A stretch of 64,000 nt of DNA from an uncultured Alphaproteobacteria bacterium. GTDB taxonomy: Bacteria > Pseudomonadota > Alphaproteobacteria > Rs-D84. Both the position numbers and the translations under genes were made by a program. The notes under the pieces were generated by a model. It saw nothing but the letters and a program-made list of their open reading frames with translations. It was not told the DNA's origin and made no database searches. The stretch is taken from positions 11,007 through 75,006 of the forward strand of contig CAKQNS010000002.1 in NCBI GenBank assembly GCA_934255455.1, given 5' to 3'. Of the stretch, positions 46,821 to 55,743 are shown piece by piece (within the stretch, counting starts at the first letter, position 1; every line of letters starts with the position of its first letter).

Positions 46821-48344
46821 ATGTTTACGATAAAGGGCAAAACAACAGATTGGGAACTGGTTATCGGGCTGGAAACACACATCGAAGTGTTGTCAAATTC
46901 CAAACTTTTCAGTGGTGCGTCGGCAAATTATAACCCGACGATTGCCCCAAATACCCAGGTTTCTATGGTTGATGTGGCAATGCCCGGTATGTTGCCGGTG
47001 TTGAACGAATACTGTGTTGAACAGGCTATTAAAATGGGATTGGGCCTGAATGCCGAAATTTCACATCACAGCAAATTTGCCCGTAAACAATATTTTTACC
47101 CTGACCTGCCCCAGGGATACCAGATTTCACAACCAGCCGAAGAGCCACCGGTTGTTGGCCGCGGATGGGTTGAAATTATGGGCGATGATGGCAACCCGAA
47201 AAAGATTTTGATTGAACGCGCACATTTGGAACAAGACGCCGGTAAATTAAAACACGATGTTCACCCAACAAAATCTTTTGCCGATTATAACCGTACGGGC
47301 GTTGCATTATTGGAAATCGTGACATTTTTGGACACAAAAAATCCGGAAAACAATTCATACATTTCGTCCCCAGACGAGGCCGAGCGCTATCTGCGTGAAA
47401 TTCGTGAAATCGCACGCGCCCTGGGCGTATCCAAGGCTAATATGGAAGAAGGTTCTATGCGCGCGGATGTGAATGTTTCTGTTCGTCCAGTTGGTGATAC
47501 AAAATTCCGCACCCGCACCGAAACCAAGAATATGGTATCGTTCAAATTCATTAAATCCGCCATTGAATACGAGGCGCATCGTCAAATTGAAATATATGAA
47601 AACGGTGGCGCCGTATCCCAGGATACAATGCGTTATAACCAGGGCGACGGCACAACATCGGTTATGCGCAGCAAAGAAGACGCATTAGATTATCGCTATT
47701 TCCCAGACCCCGATTTATTGCCATTGGACATTACCGACGAACAAATTGAACGCGTTCGTAAAACTATGCCAGAATTGCCGGCGGCAACGCGTGCACGTTA
47801 TATAAACGAATATGGTTTGGCCGAATATGATGCGGCGCGTTTAACCGAAACAACCGATATTTCAAAATGGTTTGATGCCGCCGTTGGTGGCAATGCGTCG
47901 CGCGCAAAACCAATTGCAAATTGGATGATTTCGGAACTGTTTGCGCACGTCGAAAATTGGGATGTAAAAAACGCTGTGGATACAGCCGAGCCTGGCACAC
48001 CGCGGATTATTCGCCCATTTGATTTGGCCGAATTGGTTGATATGATAAGTGCATCTGAAATCAACGGTAAACAGGCCAAAGATATATTTATAAAAATGCT
48101 GGATGGCGAAACCGGCAGCCCGCGCGAAATTGCCGATAAATTTGGTATGAAACAAATTACCGACACATCTGAAATCGAGGCCGCCATAGATGCCGTTATC
48201 GCCGCATCTGCCCCCCAGGTTGCACAATACAAGGCGGGCAAAACAGGCCTGTTGGGATTCTTTGTCGGCGGCGTAATGCGTGCCACACATGGCAAGGCTA
48301 ACCCAGCCGTTGTAAATGAAATATTATTGAAAAAATTATCATAA
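46821..48344 (+). CDS. gatB: Asp/Glu-tRNA amidotransferase subunit B
   Basis: …WELVIGLETHIEVLSNSKLFSG…VAMPGMLPVLN… conserved GatB N-terminus. C-terminal YqeY-like tail. RBS AAGGAAAAA. Confidence 0.9.
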   Translation: MFTIKGKTTDWELVIGLETHIEVLSNSKLFSGASANYNPTIAPNTQVSMVDVAMPGMLPVLNEYCVEQAIKMGLGLNAEISHHSKFARKQYFYPDLPQGYQISQPAEEPPVVGRGWVEIMGDDGNPKKILIERAHLEQDAGKLKHDVHPTKSFADYNRTGVALLEIVTFLDTKNPENNSYISSPDEAERYLREIREIARALGVSKANMEEGSMRADVNVSVRPVGDTKFRTRTETKNMVSFKFIKSAIEYEAHRQIEIYENGGAVSQDTMRYNQGDGTTSVMRSKEDALDYRYFPDPDLLPLDITDEQIERVRKTMPELPAATRARYINEYGLAEYDAARLTETTDISKWFDAAVGGNASRAKPIANWMISELFAHVENWDVKNAVDTAEPGTPRIIRPFDLAELVDMISASEINGKQAKDIFIKMLDGETGSPREIADKFGMKQITDTSEIEAAIDAVIAASAPQVAQYKAGKTGLLGFFVGGVMRATHGKANPAVVNEILLKKLS

Positions 48345-48359
48345 CCCAAAGGAGCACAC

Positions 48360-48527
48360 ATGCAAATCATTGGTATTGTAAATAACAATCACATCACGGG
48401 CGTTGAATATGGTCCCATTGAAATCCATGCGCCGAAAACGGATTACAAACACGCGCAACATCGTGCACAGCAAATCAATTCAATCCAGGCACGTGCAAAA
48501 CGCAACCTGCGCACCAGACAAAAATAG
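48360..48527 (+). CDS. Small hypothetical protein (55 aa)
   Basis: Strong RBS AAAGGAG 6 nt upstream of the ATG. Sits between gatB and miaB. No similarity recognised. Confidence 0.3.
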   Translation: MQIIGIVNNNHITGVEYGPIEIHAPKTDYKHAQHRAQQINSIQARAKRNLRTRQK

Positions 48528-48532
48528 TACAA

Positions 48533-49837
48533 ATGAAAAAGTTTTTTATCCAGACATTTGGCTGTCAAATGAATGTGTATGACGGCCAACGCATTGCGGC
48601 CATGCTGGCGCACCACGGTTTAACACAAACAGACGCTGTGGCCGATGCCGATATTATTATATTAAACACTTGTTCCGTACGAGAAAAAGCAACGAACAAG
48701 GTTTATTCCGCCCTGGGGCGCATTCGCAAAGAAAAAAAGCCCACTGCCCTGTTTGGCATTGTTGGGTGTGTTGCACGCGAAAGTGGCGCCGATGCATTCA
48801 AGCGCATTCCGGATTTGAATTTTGTTTTGGGCCCACAAAGTTATCATAAATTACCAGAAATTTTGAACGACCCCGATACACGTTTATTAAATATCGATTT
48901 GGGCGGTCTGGAAAAATTTGATGAATTGCCACAAATGCAGACATCACCATCGGTCGCATATATTCCAATTCAAGAAGGATGCAATCACTGCTGTACATAC
49001 TGTATTGTGCCGTATACACGCGGTCGCGAAATTTCGCGTTCATTTAATGATGTTATGCGCGACACGGTTCACGCCGCAGAAACGGGCGCGATTGAAATAT
49101 GCTTTTTGGGTCAAAATGTAAATGGATATAAATATACCGATGAAAACGGCAAGTTATGGCGACTGTCTGATTTAATTCGGGCGACCGCGAAACTGGATAA
49201 TGTCAAACGCATTCGTTTTACATCCAGTTATCCAACCGAAATGACTGACGATTTGATTGAAATGTTTGCAATTGAACCGAAATTGTTGCCATTTCTGAAC
49301 ATGCCTATACAAAGTGGGTCGCCCAATGTATTGACACGAATGAACCGCCCATATTCATTAAATCTATATATAGATATAGTTGACAAATTACGTGCTGCAC
49401 GACCCGATATTCAAATTTCCAGCGATTTTATTGTTGGGTTCCCCGGCGAAACCGACGACGATTTCGCACAAACAATGCAAATTGCGGAAAAGGTAAAATA
49501 TATCAATTCGTATTCTTTCAAATATTCACCCCGCCCCCACACGGCGGCGGCCGTAATGCCAAATCAAATATCAGAACAGATAAAGGCCGCGCGCCTGGCA
49601 AAACTGGACGGATATTTGAACGAAATTCAACGCGCATTTAATGAAAATTGCGTTGGCAAAACATTTGAATGCCTGTGCGAGGGTCGCGACAAAACCGGTC
49701 ATCACCTGGTATACCGTACACCGTATATGCAGCAATGCATTGTTGATGCCCCGGGCGGCGCCGCACCAATAATGGCAAATATCAAAATAACCGCGGCCAA
49801 CAAGGCGTCCCTGCGCGGGGAACTGGTCAAAGAATAA
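48533..49837 (+). CDS. miaB: tRNA-i6A37 methylthiotransferase MiaB
   Basis: MTTase N-terminus FIQTFGCQMNVYDG, radical-SAM CxxxCxxC (CNHCCTYCIVPYTRG), TRAM domain. Confidence 0.85.
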   Translation: MKKFFIQTFGCQMNVYDGQRIAAMLAHHGLTQTDAVADADIIILNTCSVREKATNKVYSALGRIRKEKKPTALFGIVGCVARESGADAFKRIPDLNFVLGPQSYHKLPEILNDPDTRLLNIDLGGLEKFDELPQMQTSPSVAYIPIQEGCNHCCTYCIVPYTRGREISRSFNDVMRDTVHAAETGAIEICFLGQNVNGYKYTDENGKLWRLSDLIRATAKLDNVKRIRFTSSYPTEMTDDLIEMFAIEPKLLPFLNMPIQSGSPNVLTRMNRPYSLNLYIDIVDKLRAARPDIQISSDFIVGFPGETDDDFAQTMQIAEKVKYINSYSFKYSPRPHTAAAVMPNQISEQIKAARLAKLDGYLNEIQRAFNENCVGKTFECLCEGRDKTGHHLVYRTPYMQQCIVDAPGGAAPIMANIKITAANKASLRGELVKE

Positions 49838-49842
49838 TAAAT

Positions 49843-51381
49843 TCAGAACGCAAAACGTGCGTTAAATGACACACGATGCATTGTACCAAAATCGGTTGTG
49901 ATAATGCCGAATTCGGCACCACCGCCGGCGGCATCAAACACAGACCAGGCATCAATATGCAATGCAGCACCAACATCGCCCGATGTTTCGGCGCGCATAC
50001 GCAAACCATAATCGTATGTCAAATCATCCGTGCCACCATGCGTATCAATATCAACGCCAATGCCAGTGTTGCTTTTATTATCCGACTGGTGTGCCACCAC
50101 GGCACGGTTTATGCCGGCGCCCGCAAAGGGCGTAAAAACAAAATCACCATCCGGATTCAAATGAACCCCAACATCAAATTGACCATAAAAACTTTTACCA
50201 TTTGGCGCCGAACGCGTCTTGGCACCGTCCATAACAAAATCTGATTCAAATGTGGCAAACGATGCTCCAACAATGCCACGCGCCATAAATTCGCCGTTGT
50301 CATATTTTGCACCAATATTTGCACCGACAAACGAACCAACAAAATCATTTATATCGTCCGACACATCAACCATACCGGCATAACCCGCAACACCAACATT
50401 AAAATTATTTGTAAAGGCTACACCATACGACATACGCGCCGCGTTTATATTTGCTTCCGCATTTTTAATTACAATTGGCGCAATGTAAAAATCATTTTCA
50501 ATGTTCAAATTAAACATTTCAAACGCATCAAACACCCGCACAGGATTCATCAGATTTATCGGATTCAGCCGCACAGATTTTGCCATAACTCCACGCAATG
50601 CCTCGATATCCGGTGCGCCATCCATTGCGACCAGCAATCTGTCATGTGGAGACGCCGCACGCACCGAATGCAGGAAATTTCCAGTATTTGAATCAAGTAT
50701 CTTGCGATAGTCTGTTTCACGAACCGTTGTCACATACAGCTTGTCATTTTCTATGTATGTTTTGATTGCCATCAACGGATTATCATTTGGCGCAATAATT
50801 GTTGCAACGCCGGTACCACCAATATTATCAATTAAAATTCCATTGGCCAAATCACGCAACGAATTCACATACAATTTTACATTTCCAATCAATTGTATCA
50901 ACGACGTGTCTGCAATTGTGGAATCAATAACCAACGATGAATTTTCCAGAATTATGCGACCGCTGGTGCCACCAATTGAAACTATATCGCCCAACGATAA
51001 CATTTCGGCATTGCGAACTAATATTGAATAATCAACATCCGTTTCTAAATTTTTTATGTCATCTGACGAAGTTATCAATTGTGTCAAACGCGAATTTGTC
51101 CCCAAATAAAAATCGGCATCCATTGTGCCACTGTTTTTAATGCTCAACGCCATACCATCGGCGACATGAATATTGCCCTGGAACAAACCACGGTTTTCGA
51201 ACGCCAATGCCGCATCAATGTACAAATCTGAAATATAAACACCGCCACGCATATCAATATATACATCATCCGCCACATGATAATCAGACGCATACATACC
51301 ACCATAAAAGCGCTCACCGTATGATGTCGTCACCGACACCAGCGTCACAATGAAACCAAAGGCAATTTTTCCTATACGCAT
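49843..51381 (-). CDS. Autotransporter-like outer-membrane protein (passenger plus C-terminal beta-barrel)
   Basis: Signal peptide. Repetitive beta-rich N-terminal region. C-terminal ~250 aa with alternating aromatic/Gly beta-strand pattern ending …RVSFNARFAF (terminal Phe). Confidence 0.55.
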   Translation of the reverse strand: MRIGKIAFGFIVTLVSVTTSYGERFYGGMYASDYHVADDVYIDMRGGVYISDLYIDAALAFENRGLFQGNIHVADGMALSIKNSGTMDADFYLGTNSRLTQLITSSDDIKNLETDVDYSILVRNAEMLSLGDIVSIGGTSGRIILENSSLVIDSTIADTSLIQLIGNVKLYVNSLRDLANGILIDNIGGTGVATIIAPNDNPLMAIKTYIENDKLYVTTVRETDYRKILDSNTGNFLHSVRAASPHDRLLVAMDGAPDIEALRGVMAKSVRLNPINLMNPVRVFDAFEMFNLNIENDFYIAPIVIKNAEANINAARMSYGVAFTNNFNVGVAGYAGMVDVSDDINDFVGSFVGANIGAKYDNGEFMARGIVGASFATFESDFVMDGAKTRSAPNGKSFYGQFDVGVHLNPDGDFVFTPFAGAGINRAVVAHQSDNKSNTGIGVDIDTHGGTDDLTYDYGLRMRAETSGDVGAALHIDAWSVFDAAGGGAEFGIITTDFGTMHRVSFNARFAF

Positions 51382-51477
51382 ACAGGAAATTTAGCATATA
51401 TGAAATGTTTCTTACAATAAAAAAGCAACCCGGGATTACCCCGGGCGCCAGATTCATGAACAAATAACAATTATTTT

Positions 51478-52017
51478 TTACATTTTAGAAATGTTGCCAA
51501 TACTCCCCCATGCGGCCTTGTACCCGCCATCACGTGTCAGATACAATTTTGCATTATTCAACTGTTTTGCGGTCAACCCACGAATCATAAATGTTTCTTG
51601 CAGTTGGCCGACTCTGTCTATACGCAATGTTGGCAAAGTTATAGGCATAGCCGCATTGTCACAGCACATACCATTGGCACATGGGCCGCATTGGTGTATA
51701 CGCATTGTGTATGTCACACCTGGGCGCAGATCTTGCAAATCTGTTTCCATTTTCAAGCCCGCATCGGTTTCCATAAATTTAATATACCCCATTGCAGACT
51801 CACCACCACGGCTGCTGCGTGTGAACATTTTCGCCGCGACACGATTAACCGCGGCATCTTCGTACGTCTGATAGAACATAACAGTTTCTGCCGGTTTATT
51901 GTGTGCTGGATGATGCTTTGCTTTTTTATTGCTACACATACCCGCACATCCTGACAATATTGCTGCCATGCCAATCACAGATGACATAACAAACACTTTT
52001 TTCATCATGTCTTTCAT
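51478..52017 (-). CDS. SodC-like (Cu/Zn superoxide dismutase fold) lipoprotein, probably lacking the full set of metal-binding His
   Basis: Lipobox LSGC. …GYIKFMETDAGLKMETDLQDLRPGVTYTMRIHQCGPC… and …ITLPTLRIDRVGQ…FMIRGL…LYLTRDGG… align with the SodC Greek-key blocks (GFHVHE.G.C / …LPAL.VD.G…IHAGGD). Only one His is retained. Confidence 0.4.
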   Translation of the reverse strand: MKDMMKKVFVMSSVIGMAAILSGCAGMCSNKKAKHHPAHNKPAETVMFYQTYEDAAVNRVAAKMFTRSSRGGESAMGYIKFMETDAGLKMETDLQDLRPGVTYTMRIHQCGPCANGMCCDNAAMPITLPTLRIDRVGQLQETFMIRGLTAKQLNNAKLYLTRDGGYKAAWGSIGNISKM

Positions 52018-52104
52018 AAAGGTCTCCTTTTCCTTTGGTTTACATGCCAAATTGTATATTATTTTTATATACTTTTCGCCAGGTATGATTACCTAGGAAT
52101 CCCA

Positions 52105-52125
52105 GGAAACAATGCACATAGCGCG
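52105..52125. repeat. GGAAACAATGCACATAGCGCG motif copy
   Basis: Matches the right arm of the 26167 palindrome and the copy at 54403. Confidence 0.5.
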
Positions 52126-52129
52126 TTTT

Positions 52130-52567
52130 TTATATCACGCGTTTAATGTGCAACAGTGCGCGCACGGCAAACGGCATTGCAACCAAATTTTGTAATAACA
52201 ACGCGGCGATATAATTACGTGGAAACGCAATTATATATTGCGATAAATTTATCACATGACCTGTTTCAATAATTGGCGCAACAAATGTCATTGTTCCCGC
52301 CATACACGCCGTCATAATAAACGGCGTATATTTCATTAAACCGAATCGCATCACCGTATGATGTACCAACGGTACAACAATAAAGAAATTCAGCACAACT
52401 GCAAATGCATATATTGGCATAAACCCACGGCAAAATGTCGTTGCATTCAACACCCCATGAATCCACAGATTCAACCCCATCATACCAATGACCATAATAA
52501 AACTGTTTGCCAAACAAAATATAACCGATTCGGTTTTTGTTTCCGGTCTGATATGTACACTACTCAT
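52130..52567 (-). CDS. Hypothetical small membrane protein (four TM)
   Basis: Hydrophobic segments and internal duplication. No recognised motif. Confidence 0.4.
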   Translation of the reverse strand: MSSVHIRPETKTESVIFCLANSFIMVIGMMGLNLWIHGVLNATTFCRGFMPIYAFAVVLNFFIVVPLVHHTVMRFGLMKYTPFIMTACMAGTMTFVAPIIETGHVINLSQYIIAFPRNYIAALLLQNLVAMPFAVRALLHIKRVI

Positions 52568-52692
52568 TTTTACACCCCATAAAAAACAGTGCCACCAACT
52601 GGACTTATGTGTTGATGGCACTGCGCGTTGTTATTATTTCTTGAAATTTGCGCTGGGCATTATAAATACAAATCAGCCACGGGTCAAGTTTT

Positions 52693-54321
52693 TCAACTGT
52701 ACAATTTCAAGAAAGATTTTAACAATGTTCGTGGTGAATATTGATGTTTATTTATTGATGTTAAATCTTTATCAATTCCCATCAGATAATACACCGCCCG
52801 CTGTGCGGCACGCACAGAATATTCCATGGTGAAAACCACATCATCGGGCTGTTCGGCAAATTGGCTGACGAATGCAAAATTTTCATACCCATGCGGATTT
52901 ACATCAGGCCGGTCGCCCGGGCGCCGAGGTTGAAATTGCGAATTGATATACGGCATAATGCATGTACGGCAAATGACACCACGCATCATATCAGCTTGCT
53001 GTTTCTTGGGCACATGCAAATGTCCCATCAATTCGGTCATTATTTCGCGACCGGTGCATTTGTACATCGGCTTTTTAACATAATCGCCATCAACAAACAT
53101 ATTCAAAGAATATCCCCAGAATATATTTGTATCGGCCGGCTGATTTTTAAAATGTGGTTGACGCGCAACAACAATGGACAGGCGCCACGCCGATTCGCGG
53201 AATGTCACCAATGCCCCACCACCGGGATGATTTGTGGTGAATTTTTGAATATATCCCAATACGCCCGGGTTGCTATTTATAGTTGTCGTGAACGACATCC
53301 ACATACTTTCATCGGGACGGCCGCAAAATACATCTGGGTCGCCAAATTCCGGTCGTCCGCGCGCAATACGGCGCCACAGTTCGAACGACGGGGCCGTTTT
53401 ATCACGATTGTATTTTGCAACTGTGTCGGTTGTGGCCTCAGCCGAATTATCGGTCATACAACCATTAGCAAACAAAACTATATCCGTTGGTTTTACCTTT
53501 ATTGTGCGTTCTTTGCCGCCCTTTTCGGTGTATAGAATTTTATCAGCAACATTATTTCCCGATTTATCGGTCACAAAGTTTATATCTGTCACGGTTGTGT
53601 TCAGCGAAATTTGCACCCCATGCTGGGCCAGCCATTCCGATATTGGACGAACGACAGAATCATATTGATTAAACGCCGTACGCGCGACACCAGCCAATGT
53701 GTGTATCCGCGGGAATTCATGCATAAAGCGCAACATATACCGACGCAATTCCGCCGCACTGGACCAGGGCTGAAACGCAAATGTCGTTTGCCACATCAAC
53801 CAGAAATTAGTTGTGAAAAAATGCTTGCCAAAAACCTCGTCAATGCGTTTGGCACCCAATGACTCCTCGCTCTCCATCAGAATCAGTTTTTCCATATCCA
53901 ATCTGTCAGATGTGGAAAATCCCATACGCGTCACATCAACTTTGGTCCCATCGGCATTTACCAACCGAGCACGTGAATGCGTTTTGAATTCGTCATTAAA
54001 ATTCAAAAATTCACGTTCCATATCTATCCCGTCAAATTCAATAGACGGAACCGCACTTATCATATCTTGGAAGCATTCGTATGTCGGAATGTTTAACATT
54101 CTGCCACCGCGTATCATATATCCACGACTGGCGTCACCGGCACCATCCAAACTGCCCCCGGCAACCGGCAATGTTTCCAGTATATGAATATTTTTGCCCA
54201 GAACATGTGCATCGCGAATTAAATAAACCGATGCCGCCAATGCCCCAATACCGCCGCCGATGATATATACATTTGTATCAGACGCGCGACGTTTTATTAA
54301 ACTTTTGCCTGTTTTTGCCAT
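52693..54321 (-). CDS. ohyA: Oleate hydratase (MCRA family, FAD-dependent fatty-acid hydratase)
   Basis: N-terminal FAD fold NVYIIGGGIGALAASVYLIRDA…ILETLPVAGGSLDG. 542 aa; MCRA-family blocks along its length. Confidence 0.8.
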   Translation of the reverse strand: MAKTGKSLIKRRASDTNVYIIGGGIGALAASVYLIRDAHVLGKNIHILETLPVAGGSLDGAGDASRGYMIRGGRMLNIPTYECFQDMISAVPSIEFDGIDMEREFLNFNDEFKTHSRARLVNADGTKVDVTRMGFSTSDRLDMEKLILMESEESLGAKRIDEVFGKHFFTTNFWLMWQTTFAFQPWSSAAELRRYMLRFMHEFPRIHTLAGVARTAFNQYDSVVRPISEWLAQHGVQISLNTTVTDINFVTDKSGNNVADKILYTEKGGKERTIKVKPTDIVLFANGCMTDNSAEATTDTVAKYNRDKTAPSFELWRRIARGRPEFGDPDVFCGRPDESMWMSFTTTINSNPGVLGYIQKFTTNHPGGGALVTFRESAWRLSIVVARQPHFKNQPADTNIFWGYSLNMFVDGDYVKKPMYKCTGREIMTELMGHLHVPKKQQADMMRGVICRTCIMPYINSQFQPRRPGDRPDVNPHGYENFAFVSQFAEQPDDVVFTMEYSVRAAQRAVYYLMGIDKDLTSINKHQYSPRTLLKSFLKLYS

Positions 54322-54402
54322 AATATATCCCCCTTGGTTTTATCAAAATAATAACAATTCAACCATCACATTATCCACAGGATACAAATCACAAAAAACG
54401 CC

Positions 54403-54422
54403 GGAAACAATGCACATAGCGC
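54403..54422. repeat. GGAAACAATGCACATAGCGC motif copy, followed by terminator hairpin cacccgcaataaatgcgggtg (54428-54450)
   Basis: Identical core to the copy at 52105. Intergenic between the ohyA start and the OMP gene end. Confidence 0.5.
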
Positions 54423-54472
54423 ATAAAAACACCCGCAATAAATGCGGGTGTTTTTGGTGCAAAATGTTTATA

Positions 54473-55081
54473 TCAGAACATAAATCTGATACCAACATCG
54501 CCACCAAAATTATGCAAACCGGAATTGACATCCGCGTATGTATAACGCGCTGCGACATCCACAGCAAAGTAATCCATATCGAATGTCATACCCAATGTTC
54601 CCATTGCGGCAACGCTGCCACGGCTTTGGTGATGATCCGCAACCGCTGGGATTTTACGAGTGACTTCCGAGAACGCCGCACCAACGCCCAATCCGACGAA
54701 CGGACGAACGATTTGGTAACCGCCGAATTCCCAATATGTATTGACCAACAATGTCTGCAATTTTGCATCAATGTCGACCTGGGTGCTTGTGCCAAATGTA
54801 TCATTGTCTTTGGCTTTGCTGAATATAGACCATTCAACTTCGCTGCGGACAGTGTCACAAATTTCCAAACCCAACGCCGCGCGGCCCTGGAATTCCATAT
54901 CGGTCATAGATTCTTTGCGGTCGTTAAAGCTGTAATTCAAATTGGTGTATCCCAAACCACCACGCAATGCAATGTATGGATCCAGACCAAACAATTGCCA
55001 ATCACTGCCACCCTTTTGTGTGCCTGCAAATGCCGGGCACGCAATCAACACAGCCAGTGTCGATATAACTATTTTTTTCAT
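54473..55081 (-). CDS. Small outer-membrane beta-barrel protein (OmpA-like/opacity-type 8-strand barrel)
   Basis: Signal peptide MKKIVISTLAVLIACPAFA. Alternating beta-strand pattern. C-terminal …GGDVGIRFMF. Confidence 0.65.
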   Translation of the reverse strand: MKKIVISTLAVLIACPAFAGTQKGGSDWQLFGLDPYIALRGGLGYTNLNYSFNDRKESMTDMEFQGRAALGLEICDTVRSEVEWSIFSKAKDNDTFGTSTQVDIDAKLQTLLVNTYWEFGGYQIVRPFVGLGVGAAFSEVTRKIPAVADHHQSRGSVAAMGTLGMTFDMDYFAVDVAARYTYADVNSGLHNFGGDVGIRFMF

Positions 55082-55210
55082 GTTTTCTCCTTTTATGTTT
55101 TATTTGTTAAAAACAGTTTCATGTCATGTCAACACTGTGATTGTATCAAACAAAAAAACATCTTTGCATAGGTATGGATTCCACGGGACGTACCCAGTAA
55201 CACAACCAGA

Positions 55211-55492
55211 TTATTTTACGCGCATGCCCAGTTTTATTTCCCACACGCGCGGCAAATTCAAATCGTTTTTTGCGGTCGTTTGGGAAACATCACTGATTGC
55301 AAATTCCATGGTGCGCGCCGTGTATCCGCGATGGAACACCACATGATACCGTACGCCCGAATCAATATCACGCGCAACGCGCCCCAACCTGTCATTCCAG
55401 TATGGTTTGCATTCGCGATATTCTGACGTTTTGTCGCCCTGCGCAATCTTGTCATACCACCGCCCTGCCAAAACCAAATGCAATTTTTTCAT
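55211..55492 (-). CDS. ASCH (PUA-like) domain protein
   Basis: MKKLHLVLAGRWYDKIAQGDKTSEYRECKPYWNDRL matches the ASCH N-terminal pattern H.L.L…W…I..G.KT.E.R. Confidence 0.45.
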   Translation of the reverse strand: MKKLHLVLAGRWYDKIAQGDKTSEYRECKPYWNDRLGRVARDIDSGVRYHVVFHRGYTARTMEFAISDVSQTTAKNDLNLPRVWEIKLGMRVK

Positions 55493-55595
55493 ACAAATAT
55501 TATATCACACCCAAAAATAATCATCCACAAGACACGCCCAGAGTATTTTACGAAAACCAAATAAAAAAACGCCGACAAGCGACGCTTTTTGTTCG

Positions 55596-55671
55596 TGGTG
55601 GACGCACAGGGACTCGAACCCTGGACCCACTGATTAAGAGTCAGTTGCTCTACCAACTGAGCTATGCATCC
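55596..55671 (-). tRNA. tRNA-Lys (anticodon CUU)
   Basis: Reverse complement GGATGCATAGCTCAGTTGGTAGAGCAACTGACTCTTAATCAGTGGGTCCAGGGTTCGAGTCCCTGTGCGTCCACCA. Anticodon loop CTCTTAA. Encoded CCA. Confidence 0.85.
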
Positions 55672-55743
55672 AGAACTGTTAAACTGTGGCAATTATATAT
55701 CTTTTTGCCGCATTTGCAAGCGTTTATTGCGCGCCGCGCGACA

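Noticed and set aside
41563-48388. Minus-strand ORFs 41563-42225, 45308-46042, 47798-48388
   Set aside because: They are antisense to sufC, gatA and gatB respectively.
54371-54379. Perfect DnaA-box consensus TTATCCACA upstream of ohyA
   Set aside because: It is a single isolated 9-mer far from dnaA and not part of a cluster. It is expected by chance in 64 kb.
52861-55171. Plus-strand ORFs 52861-53535, 53270-53668, 54260-55171
   Set aside because: They are antisense to oleate hydratase and to the small OMP gene.
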